Part shown: positions 1 through 8,831 of the stretch, piece after piece
How positions within the stretch are numbered: position 1 is the first letter of the stretch
Layout of the letters: each line of letters starts with the position of its first letter
Program-made: the position numbers and the translations under genes
Notes under the pieces: model-generated
Databases searched by the model: none
What the model was told of the DNA's origin: nothing
What the model saw: the letters and a program-made list of their open reading frames with translations, nothing else
From: Candidatus Bathyarchaeia archaeon
GTDB lineage: Archaea > Halobacteriota > Bog-38 > Methanoflorentales > Methanoflorentaceae
DNA length: 57,516 nt
Assembly (NCBI GenBank): GCA_035626195.1
Contig: DASPOC010000113.1
Location: forward strand, 1 to 57,516
Reading direction: 5' to 3'

Positions 1-94
1 GTCAGCGACACCGACCTGCGCCCGCCGCATCCCATTAAAAAGCTTGAAGATCTAGGTCCGATTATAGATCACCGTCCGCATGTAGACCTCCAGC
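1..94. repeat. Direct repeat copy 1 (94 nt, may extend beyond the window edge)
   Basis: nt 1-94 equal nt 274-367 except one base (88 c versus 361 t). Confidence 0.95.
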
Positions 95-522
95 CGCCCA
101 CCGCTGAACCCGAACCACAGCTCACTGCTGAACCCGAACCACAGCCGACCGCTGAACCGGAACCACAGCCCACCCCTGAACCCGAACCACAGCCCACCCC
201 TGAACCCGAACCACAGCCCACCGCTGGACCCGAACCACAGCCCACCGCCGGGCTCTCTCCGTTCGTCCTCCCCGTCAGCGACACCGACCTGCGCCCGCCG
301 CATCCCATTAAAAAGCTTGAAGATCTAGGTCCGATTATAGATCACCGTCCGCATGTAGACTTCCAGCTCCCCCCCTTGGAACCGTCTCCAAAAGTGGCCG
401 TTGCCAAAGATACAGACGTGCGCTCGATGGAGGAACCCCTCCGCGTCATAGGCAAAGACGACCGCATTGTGTTGGAGAGCGGCCTTTTTAAATCACACGC
501 TCCACGGGAAAAGCAGGCCTGA
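1..522 (+). CDS. 3' part of a gene entering from the left edge: Pro/Glu/Thr-rich repeat protein, C-terminal fragment (possible surface-protein stalk)
   Basis: Frame +1 is open from nt 1 to TGA 520-522. It is missing from the ORF track because no start codon lies in the window. Translation: VSDTDLRPPHPIKKLEDLGPIIDHRPHVD, then six (A/P)EPEPQPT-like units, then the same 29-aa block again, ending ...KSHAPREKQA*. Minus-strand ORFs 52..303 and 69..308 are low-complexity mirror images of it. Confidence 0.5.
   Translation, partial: VSDTDLRPPHPIKKLEDLGPIIDHRPHVDLQPPTAEPEPQLTAEPEPQPTAEPEPQPTPEPEPQPTPEPEPQPTAGPEPQPTAGLSPFVLPVSDTDLRPPHPIKKLEDLGPIIDHRPHVDFQLPPLEPSPKVAVAKDTDVRSMEEPLRVIGKDDRIVLESGLFKSHAPREKQA
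103..246. repeat. Tandem array of six 24-nt units (consensus gctgaacccgaaccacagcccacc), in frame with the partial CDS
   Basis: Units start at 103, 127, 151, 175, 199 and 223, head to tail with no spacers. Each encodes 8 aa, (A/P)(E/G)PEPQ(P/L)T. Confidence 0.95.
274..367. repeat. Direct repeat copy 2 (94 nt)
   Basis: Matches nt 1-94 with one mismatch. Confidence 0.95.
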
Positions 523-698
523 AGCGCAGTAACTGCAATATCAACGTGTAGCGTTGAGCGCCGAGGAAACAACGCTAGCAAGAGTACGTAGCGGTCATAG
601 ATTTGCCGGGCCTATATCGTACATCAAGATGATGAGTCTGTGAGCCCTGCGGTGTAATCGGTGCGCCCGATCCGAGGCGCTCTGCCGTAATTTTTGAC

Positions 699-1898
699 CT
701 AGCATACTTTTTGCCGCAGCAGGAGGCGGAGTTCGGGGGCAATCCCAGCTGGGGAGAATTGATCTCTTCTTGCCAATATGTTGTCTTGTTGGCAGCTGTA
801 ACGACCGATAGGTTTCGTTTCTAAGACGTCTAAAACAGCACTCTTCACGTCATCGTAACTCTGGCACAGGTACCCGATGTCTCCCATCTTGTTGAAGTAA
901 TATTCAGAGAGTGGGGTCTTTAGTGCGATAATTGGCTTGAGATGTGAAAATGCGTCCAACATCGCAGCAGTTCCATTCAATTCGTAAGCACTCGCCGCAT
1001 GAAAAAAGAGGGCATAATCGACGCGTTTAGCATATTTGTCATACTCCTCTTGAGCGAGGGGCTCGTCAGGGGCGGGGATATTGACAGACGTATGCTGCAT
1101 CTCTTTGAGCTGCTCGTCTCTTATATCACCAATGAGAACAAAAATTGGCCGATATTTTGTTCTTGTAGAGCTTACGTCATTTGCCAACTTGAAAAAAATG
1201 TCCGCTCCCTTGCGCAAACTCGCGTGACCATAGAAACCAAAATGAATGGCATCATCTTTGAACGGTTCGCTGCCGGCAAAATCGGCAAAGACATAAGGGG
1301 TGTCTATCGGCGAAATGCAGTTTTGCAGACGTGGCAAGTAATTCTTCAATCCCAGTTCCATAAGGGGCGGGGGTCCGGGGAGTAAGTAATGTATTTGCGA
1401 CGTGTTGCCTGCTAGAAGCCAGTGTCGATATGAAAGAAACTTAGGTGTCAGACGCTTTGGTTGAGGCGTGCTGATTTTGTCCTGCAGATCGTGTAGGACA
1501 ACAACACAGGAGATCTGAGAAAATTCTCTCAGCATTACTTTGATTATGACGAGATCGTTCCTATGAGCTGCTGTGCACAACACTATTTGGCTCGCCCGAT
1601 TTTTGTTGGCCAATCTAAATATCCGCCTGTACAGGGCTAGCTCCTCGCGGAGCGCTGCAAAGGGCACGCGCCGACCTCGTTGCTCTTCGCGCAGGGCTCT
1701 ATCGGGAAGTTCGACTTCGATAAACCTGACTGTAGCGACGCGCGTATCGACACCCTTCTTGACAGCGTTTAAATGCTCGCGTTCCGCACAAAATATCAGC
1801 TGCTCTTCAGGGAAAGCCTCAGCGACCAAAGCAACCAGGGCTGCATTGAATTGCGCGTGCCCAAAACCGCGAAAATGCAGTTCGCATATAACTATCAT
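699..1898 (-). CDS. Hypothetical protein, possibly a GT-B-fold glycosyltransferase-like enzyme
   Basis: 399-aa ORF with no long overlap. The C-terminal half (FGFYGHASLRKGADIFFKL...VLIGD...ALFFHAASAYELNGTAAMLDAFSHLKPIIALKTP) resembles a GT-B C-domain, but I see no clean EX7E motif. Lies in glycan-island context. Confidence 0.5.
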   Translation of the reverse strand: MIVICELHFRGFGHAQFNAALVALVAEAFPEEQLIFCAEREHLNAVKKGVDTRVATVRFIEVELPDRALREEQRGRRVPFAALREELALYRRIFRLANKNRASQIVLCTAAHRNDLVIIKVMLREFSQISCVVVLHDLQDKISTPQPKRLTPKFLSYRHWLLAGNTSQIHYLLPGPPPLMELGLKNYLPRLQNCISPIDTPYVFADFAGSEPFKDDAIHFGFYGHASLRKGADIFFKLANDVSSTRTKYRPIFVLIGDIRDEQLKEMQHTSVNIPAPDEPLAQEEYDKYAKRVDYALFFHAASAYELNGTAAMLDAFSHLKPIIALKTPLSEYYFNKMGDIGYLCQSYDDVKSAVLDVLETKPIGRYSCQQDNILARRDQFSPAGIAPELRLLLRQKVC

Positions 1899-2468
1899 AA
1901 GCTCTCTATATCATTAATCGGTTGATCCATCGATTGCGTTTTTTCATCAACTCTGCTTTGTGATAATGTCGGTTTCATTAACACATTGAAAGTGGTTCCA
2001 GCCCTTGAGCTTTCCAGATGCACGGACATGCCTTGATTTGCCAATATATAGTTAACGCTGCAGGGAAGCCCCATCTACCAGGAAGCTTGCCTGTCAGAAT
2101 ATTTCAGTTCACCAGCAAGCCTCGGCATCCGCCCGAGAGACCGTCTTACAATTGCCAAGCCAAACGTCCAACCCCAATCAAAAAGGCGTTAGAAAAAGCG
2201 ATCAGCCAGAATCTCTTCAGTTCCGATGCCGCAAAAAAGATAACAATGACCTCGTTCCATTTCCGAACGAGCTGGTTAGCACGCTCATAGAAGTGGTTTC
2301 ATTTTTGTGCAAGCGTCATACGGCTCATACCTCAACAAACCATTGAATCACATGGCACTTGCGTGTTTATTGGTAAAGAAAGGCAAAAAAACCTACGTCA
2401 CATAATTACAGCAAACCCAACTTTCGCTCCACGCGTATTCTTTGCTGATCAATCCTAAGCCCTTCTCA

Positions 2469-3134
2469 TTATTCCTTTACCACTTCACACCATATGTTTT
2501 CGTAGAAGGTTTTCGAAGAGAAGATCCTAGAAAGAAGAAAGACCGCGCGTTTCGCCATCTGACTGTTCCATAAATTTATACCCACTGTCGCATTTATCTT
2601 GGTCATCTCTTTGTAGCTTCGGATCTTTCCCCCACTTAAGCGCACGATATTATTTACTTCTCCTTGTGAAAAACCACAATGTTGATGAGTTTTGTCGAGT
2701 TGATGGTATTCAACAACTCCGCGTTCCCAGAGCGCCTCATTTCTTTTCGGAACGCATAAAAGGACATTCTTTTGGCAACTCTCGATAGATTTACTCAATA
2801 GAGCACATGGATCTTCTACGTGCTCTAACAACCAATACAAAACCACGGTGTCGATTTTTGGGAAGGTAACCGTCGTTGCATCGTTCGTTATGAGCTCAAC
2901 GCCCGCCGGGTACGCGTAATCATCGTACCGTTGTGCGTCAATGCCAATGTATTGCCCTGTCCATTCTCTTTGGCTTAAGAAGTTGTACAATCGGCACGTG
3001 CCGCAGCCCACATCAAGGATATCTCCTTTTTGGTATTCCAGAGCCAAGAGGTCGGCTTCGTATGTAGAATGACCTGCTTTCCACCCAAAATCGAATTCTT
3101 TCTTGACTATTTCTGAGCAGTCGTTCTTGATCAT
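2469..3134 (-). CDS. Class I SAM-dependent methyltransferase
   Basis: Motif I DILDVGCGTCRLY, and post-motif VVLYWLLEHVEDP. 221 aa. Confidence 0.85.
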   Translation of the reverse strand: MIKNDCSEIVKKEFDFGWKAGHSTYEADLLALEYQKGDILDVGCGTCRLYNFLSQREWTGQYIGIDAQRYDDYAYPAGVELITNDATTVTFPKIDTVVLYWLLEHVEDPCALLSKSIESCQKNVLLCVPKRNEALWERGVVEYHQLDKTHQHCGFSQGEVNNIVRLSGGKIRSYKEMTKINATVGINLWNSQMAKRAVFLLSRIFSSKTFYENIWCEVVKE

Positions 3135-3276
3135 TTCTTACGCGCCAGCATTCGAATTGCTTCTTTTGATTGGCCTAATATAAAACCATTTAACTCGGCT
3201 GCAGTTTTAATGCTTCTGGGCCTGAACGTGCAAACATGTTGCCATCGTGAACTCGATTTTTAGCCAGGGGTTTTTG

Positions 3277-3892
3277 CTATGTCGAAAGACTGGTATTGCT
3301 CCACCCGTCAGCGAACTTGAAATCATTCACGACGAGTATTCCAAAATCATATCTTGCAAGATTCTGCTTTTTGTAGACTACCGTAAAATGAACGATGCAT
3401 TTTGAGCATAAGGGCTCTTGCCAAAGATCCCCGTTCTTGTTTGCCGAACGCGTCGTTTCCGAGTCGTTTACTGAAGCTTTTTCCTCGGGGTCGTCCTGCG
3501 CGGTCAATGATTTCCTCCTCTGACCAATCGCTCAAATCATCGTCGCGTTCAAGAACCGCAAGTTGCTCCATAAGCTTATCAGATACCCAGACCCATCAGA
3601 ATCTATTTGGGCTATAAATTTCCCTTTTGCCGCTTCGATGGTCGTAACAGGATCTCAAGATGCCCAAATCGCTTCGTGAAATTACGCTAAGTCGCGCATC
3701 GTGCTTTGCATTGCGTTCGATAACCCGCTTCGCTGCGTCGGCCGAGACACCATTCACTATGACGAGTTCGAGGTATTCGAAATCCTGCCTTAAAGCACTC
3801 TCGATGGTCTCGCCGATGAACCGTTCGCTTCAGCGTTTGCGCACAAACGCTACGGCACGATTGTCCACCACTATGGCCCGCTTCTCACGCAT
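3277..3892 (-). pseudogene. Decayed GT2-family glycosyltransferase
   Basis: Reverse translation from ATG at 3892 gives MREKRAIVVDNRAVAFVRKR*SERFIGETIESALRQDFEYLELVIVNGVSADAAKRVIERNAKHDARLSVISRSDLGI, a GT-A N-terminal signature with an in-frame TGA. AKGKFIAQIDSDG and DKLMEQLAVLERDDDL follow in two other frames. Confidence 0.7.
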
Positions 3893-4535
3893 AGATTGCA
3901 ATCTGTATTACGTTGCCGCTCCTTGCGCTTCTATGATGTTGGAAATGCGACGCTTTCTTGGCTTAGCGGTATATGTTGTTTACAGCGACAAGGCAGAGGA
4001 TGTGCGCGACCAATAGTGTCAGGACAACGTCGAACTGCCATTCGGCTCAATGGTAAACTGTTGTAGCTGCTTCTACAGATACTTTTAGAGCGGGCGTTAG
4101 GCACTTTATTGCCCTTGCAGATGGTGCGATGGCCCTACACTGTGTCTCGAAACTCTTACGTCTTAAAGGTGAAGTTATAACGAGGTCGTTTGCTTTGCAG
4201 CAACGACGAATGCTATATTCTGAAAAATTCAGTGTCAGTTTTTCAGATCGTTGATCAATCGCTTTGTTTTCATTTTCTTGCTCATATGCGCGCCCGCCTC
4301 ATTCGGTGACACTTCGTGCCGTTGATGTCTCGCGGTGCGATACCACAGTTGCCCCATTTGAAGAGCGCAGCAAAAAGCACGTTGCGTGCAGAAAAATCTT
4401 TTTCGGGCATCGCTTAGACATTAATGAGCGCCTAAAAGGCTAACCGAAAGACACGGCACTTGCGAAGCGCATTTGAAAGTACACAATGCTGAAACTTTTA
4501 TAGTCTATTTTTTAAGCTACTTCAAATAAGCTGCG

Positions 4536-5987
4536 TTAATCAGAGCCCTTGTAAATATGATATATGAGTTTAGTCTCCTGGATCGTGAAACCCCGCAGCG
4601 CAAGCAAAATGGCAAAATAGATAACTGCGGCAAGTGCGATCGATACAACTATGCTGAAGAACCCAGAGGGATTCCATAAGAGCAGAAACAAGGCGATAAC
4701 ACCCGAGCCGCAAGCACTCTTCACAATGAATCTGCCGTTCACGTTAAACGTAAAGTATCTAAATGAATAGACTGTAATCAACACGAAAGCGAGCAGGAAG
4801 GCGAGGAAAGTAGTTATTGCAGCACCTACGACGCCTAAATACGGGATGAGTACTATATTCAGACCGAAATTCAATGCGGCACTGAGTATCCATATCGTGC
4901 CGATGATCGCAGTCTTCTTTTTTAATGCGAGTATCATGATAGTCACTGAGCACGCTCCAATGAGCGCAGTTCCCGCGGCAACAAACGGGGTGACTAAATA
5001 GCCGTTTGTCGCGATCTCCTGCGTGGTTAACACAAGCAAAATCGGTTTTGATAAGACGGATAAGGCAACCACGCACGGCAGGGCAATTCCGATATAGTAC
5101 TTCAGCGAGTACGTCATGATCGTGCGCACATCGGAAATCTGGTTCTCGTCGTAGTGTTTTGAAAGAATCGCGGGAAGCAGCGTCCCAAACGGTGCTGCGA
5201 CCATGGCGATGGTAGTTCCCGCGGTGTATCCTGGCGAATAATAGCCCACCGCTGCGGTACCTAAAAAAAAAGCAATGAGATAACGATCGCTTGAATTTAC
5301 GATCCAACTCGAAATACTCCCTGGGACTAATGGCACGCCATAATTGAGGTACTGCCTTACGTGCGTAAGCTTGGGGATAGCAAGCCCGATCTCAGCGACG
5401 ATGAGATACATCATAACGGAGAACACCACGAGCTGCTCGATTAAGAGCGCAATCACGGCGCCTTCCAATCCGTACCCTGAGAGGACAAAATAGGCAACGA
5501 GGGCCGTCTCCAAATACGCGTTAAAAAGGCTTAACCAAGTGTACCGTTTGATCTGCTGGAATGTCACAAAATATTGCAAAACAAAAGAGCTCAGGCAGGC
5601 GATTAACACGTTTGGCGCAAGCAGCAGGGCTGTGGTGAGATTGTTTTGAAACAAGCTTGCCGCTATTTGTGGCGCAAACAAAAGAAACAGCCCGGAAAGC
5701 GTCAAACTCACGACCAAAACGATGCAGCCCATAGAATAGAACAACTCTTGGATGTCGTGTTTGTTCGTCGCCGCGGCGCCAAACCGAACTATTGAACTTT
5801 GTAGCCCTAAAGCCGCAAGGGTGGGCAACAGGCCGAGCGTAATCAGAATCAAAGCAAAGGCACCATAATCAGCGATAACCAGGTTCCTTGTTAGGATAGG
5901 AAGCAGAATGATATTGCTCAGATAAACTAGAGGAGTTATTACTGCGCTCAATCCTATTCGCCGAACAGTGAGTGTGTATTTTCCCAT
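4536..5987 (-). CDS. Wzx-like oligosaccharide/polysaccharide flippase (MOP superfamily, Polysacc_synt type)
   Basis: 483 aa, hydrophobic throughout (about 12-14 TM segments). Typical N-terminus RRIGLSAVITPLVYLSNIILLPILTRNL..ADYGAFAL. Glycan-cluster context. Confidence 0.85.
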   Translation of the reverse strand: MGKYTLTVRRIGLSAVITPLVYLSNIILLPILTRNLVIADYGAFALILITLGLLPTLAALGLQSSIVRFGAAATNKHDIQELFYSMGCIVLVVSLTLSGLFLLFAPQIAASLFQNNLTTALLLAPNVLIACLSSFVLQYFVTFQQIKRYTWLSLFNAYLETALVAYFVLSGYGLEGAVIALLIEQLVVFSVMMYLIVAEIGLAIPKLTHVRQYLNYGVPLVPGSISSWIVNSSDRYLIAFFLGTAAVGYYSPGYTAGTTIAMVAAPFGTLLPAILSKHYDENQISDVRTIMTYSLKYYIGIALPCVVALSVLSKPILLVLTTQEIATNGYLVTPFVAAGTALIGACSVTIMILALKKKTAIIGTIWILSAALNFGLNIVLIPYLGVVGAAITTFLAFLLAFVLITVYSFRYFTFNVNGRFIVKSACGSGVIALFLLLWNPSGFFSIVVSIALAAVIYFAILLALRGFTIQETKLIYHIYKGSD

Positions 5988-6886
5988 TTACGTGGTTCTT
6001 CTGCGAATCTGCAGGACTGTTGCTCGGCCGTTTTTTTGATCTGTCGATGCCTTGTAACGCTAGCGCTCGGTCACAAAAACGGCAGACTTGACCTTTGATC
6101 CGCCTTAGCGTGGTTCTTTAATCGTCTTTTTTTCACTATTTGTCGCACTTCGCGGGAAGCCCTTTCAGAAAGGAATTCAGATAGCGCGACATTTATAGCT
6201 TCGTCACGAAATTCGTTGGCGCATTTGACTCTTCATTCTCATAACAGTCAATTTAACAAATACTCATTGGTTCAGTACTAACCTGGTGCCGAAACCTCTT
6301 CGTAAAAGGAACGGTCGGCGCCCTTTCCTATGAGCAATGGGATAGCACGCCGGCCTGGTCTGCGTCGACGTCGCTCGCCGGAGTTCTGACGTCAGGCTCC
6401 GCTGCCCCGTCTCAAGACACAAGGTGATCACCGTCTTTGTGCGCAGCAGCGACGGCACCCTTTGTCGAGGAGGCGCGAATGAGCGCGCCTCATAGAGCGC
6501 CTGGGCCTATCTCGCCGGGCAGATTGCTGTCGGCTCAGGCGACCGCGCCGATGATAATAAGCGGCTTTGCTTAGGGCTGCTCCGACGCCTGCGCCGAGGC
6601 CTACACCGACACCCTGGCCGCCGTAATGGCACATTAGGCGGGTCAATCGGCTTGCCTCTTTTTTTTGTCTTTGAGCGTATTAAGGCCGCTGCTCGACGAG
6701 GGAGTACTCCTTTATACCGCGTACATTACTGTTCATTATTCGATTCCCAGCGTTTGAAGGGCCCCGTTCACGACTCACGCGCAACTTAGTTATGGCGGCC
6801 ACGCGCAAACCGCAACCTTTATGGCTCTTCTTCTGCGTGTAGGGATGGAATCCTAGAGGTACTTTGCCACATTAAATTGTTTTCAC

Positions 6887-8620
6887 ATGTTCGCGGAAAA
6901 GATGAAACGTAAACGCACAGCGATCGGCGTTGCCTTAGTCACTCTGATGCTCGTCTCGCTTTTTGCTGTGGTTAGCAGTCAGGCGAGCGTGAGTGGCCGA
7001 GCGAGCGGAACGACTGCACCAGTTGCTACGAACCTGGTCGGCAGCACGATGACGGGCACCGGCCCCGCCGCGAGCACCTCGTTTACTACTGGAGAAGCCG
7101 AAATCTTTGCCGTCGACCCCAGTGGTACTCTCTGGAACACGTCGATAGGGCCAAGCGGTAACGGTACCTGGAACCCCCTCGGTGGCGCGAGCACCTCATC
7201 ACCTGCCGCCATCTCCATGAACTACAGCTACTTCAGCGTCGACGTTTTTGTGCGTGGCACTGACGGCGCCCTCTGGGAGAAGCACTATCAGAATGGCTGG
7301 TCCACCTGGATATCACTCGGCGGGCAACTTGCTGCAGGTACCGGCCCCGCGGTCGCTTCTTGGTCAGCAGGTCGTCTCGACGTCTTTGTAGATGGCACCG
7401 ACGGCGCCCTGTGGCATAAATGGTATAACGGCACATCGTGGTCTGGCTGGGAATCCCTCGGCGGGCAACTGACATCAGCACCCGCTGCGACTTCACCGGC
7501 CAGCGGTGCGATATACGTCTTTGCCCGCGGCACCGACGGCGCCATCTGGGAGAAGCCTTATAGCAACGGATGGTCTAGTTGGCGCTCTCTTGGCGGCCAG
7601 GTTGCTGCCGGCACAGGACCCGCCGTGAGCCAAGCCCTCTGGCTCTTTGTGCAAGGCACGGACCATCAGCTCTCGCGAATGCGTGTTGGGGGCGGTTCCG
7701 TCAAATCGACCGGCTTGGGCACCCTCGCCGGAGCGCCTCCCGAGGCGCTGTCCACCTCGTCACCGGGCGCCGTCGTCTCCACCACCGGCGAAACCCTGGT
7801 GTGCGTCAGCAGCGCCAGCGGGAAGGTCTGGTATTCCGGGGATAGTAATGCCAACTGGAATAACTGGGTGTCCGCTAGTAGCCCGCCCGTGATAATCCAC
7901 CGTCCCACACTGACGCAGGGCATCGCAAACGACGGTACGTACTACTACGGCATAAGCAACACCGCGCTATACAAGTACGACACGAACTGGAAACTCATTG
8001 CAACGAACGGCAATGCTGCGGCTCAATGCGGCGGCAACCATATGGGGTCTGGCAGTGCCTATAATGGTGTCCTCTATGTGCCTTGTACCGCAGATCCCCC
8101 AGCACAGGAGCTTGCACATGTGGGGCTGTTCAATACGAGCACCTTGAGCTTTATAAAGGCGGTTAATTTGGCCCACCTAGGATTCTTTGCACCGACTGCC
8201 GATCAAATAAATATAGCTGCCGTCACTGTTAACCCCGATGCTGGTCTCCTTGCAGCACTCTCATATGGCCCTTATGGTAGCACCGCTGCTGCAGGCGCTT
8301 CAGTATTTACATATAGTTTAACAACGTTCGCATACAAGGGCTCCTTTCAGGCGTCAAGCAACCCCACAATATACAATCAAGGCATCAGCTACTATAACGG
8401 CCACTATTATTACGCATATGACAACCCACCGGTCGGTTCAGCCTCATCAGTAAATGGCGGCGTCGCGATAATGAATACTGATGGAAGCAATGCGAAACAA
8501 ATAATCTCACCGTCTAGGATGATGGCTGGCGGCGGCACCGATGAGATAGAAGGCTTATGCATTACTAACGGCAATATTTACGTGCTCCGTGGCGACTACG
8601 TCTACATGTTCCCGACCTAG
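6887..8620 (+). CDS. Secreted protein with an N-terminal PLL/DUF346-type beta-propeller repeat domain (putative lectin) and an uncharacterised C-terminal domain
   Basis: Signal-peptide-like N-terminus KRKRTAIGVALVTLMLVSLFAVVSSQASVSG. About six ~45-50-aa repeats of the form DVF.RGTDGALW.K.Y.NGWS.W.SLGGQL...PA. The C-terminal ~240 aa are rich in Y/G/N. Confidence 0.85.
   Translation: MFAEKMKRKRTAIGVALVTLMLVSLFAVVSSQASVSGRASGTTAPVATNLVGSTMTGTGPAASTSFTTGEAEIFAVDPSGTLWNTSIGPSGNGTWNPLGGASTSSPAAISMNYSYFSVDVFVRGTDGALWEKHYQNGWSTWISLGGQLAAGTGPAVASWSAGRLDVFVDGTDGALWHKWYNGTSWSGWESLGGQLTSAPAATSPASGAIYVFARGTDGAIWEKPYSNGWSSWRSLGGQVAAGTGPAVSQALWLFVQGTDHQLSRMRVGGGSVKSTGLGTLAGAPPEALSTSSPGAVVSTTGETLVCVSSASGKVWYSGDSNANWNNWVSASSPPVIIHRPTLTQGIANDGTYYYGISNTALYKYDTNWKLIATNGNAAAQCGGNHMGSGSAYNGVLYVPCTADPPAQELAHVGLFNTSTLSFIKAVNLAHLGFFAPTADQINIAAVTVNPDAGLLAALSYGPYGSTAAAGASVFTYSLTTFAYKGSFQASSNPTIYNQGISYYNGHYYYAYDNPPVGSASSVNGGVAIMNTDGSNAKQIISPSRMMAGGGTDEIEGLCITNGNIYVLRGDYVYMFPT
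7094..7891 (+). repeat. Intragenic blade repeats (about 6 units of ~140-150 nt)
   Basis: The recurring nucleotide core ggcac(c/t)gacggcgcc(c/a)t(c/g)tgg sits near 7258, 7396 and 7528. Protein repeats are listed under the CDS. Confidence 0.8.
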
Positions 8621-8831
8621 GCCACGTGGGGGGACAAGGGAAGAGCGCGATTAAGATTTAGAGTTACAGAGCGCAACCGTATCGTGGTTATATGAAAAAA
8701 TGAACTGAACCGCGCCGCTCGCTTAAAGCGAGTTCGCATTATATCAACTGTGATCTCAATAAGGCAAACACATGCGGCGTGCTGCCCCTGCATGTATAAG
8801 GCCGGGGTTTAAAGCTGCATCTCCCCATCAG

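Noticed and set aside
103-246. Possible CRISPR array or minisatellite
   Set aside because: The units are contiguous with no spacers. The 24-nt period is a multiple of three and in frame with a long ORF. This is a coding tandem repeat, not a CRISPR array.
52-308. Two listed minus-strand ORFs (83 and 79 aa) with GLWFG / GCGSG repeats
   Set aside because: They are the reverse-complement reading of the 24-nt tandem array. The plus-strand frame is open across the entire 1-522 region, including both 94-nt repeats, and ends in non-repetitive sequence with a stop, so it is the more plausible coding strand.
6264-6646. GC-rich patch with ORFs 6264..6458 and 6428..6646 (minus), the latter containing a glycine-zipper-like GGQGVGVGLGAGVGAAL
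   Set aside because: The ORFs are Arg-rich low-complexity translations typical of GC-rich non-coding DNA. The Gly-zipper piece is short and continues only after a frame change. I see no start context or recognisable family, so I left it as unexplained intergenic sequence.
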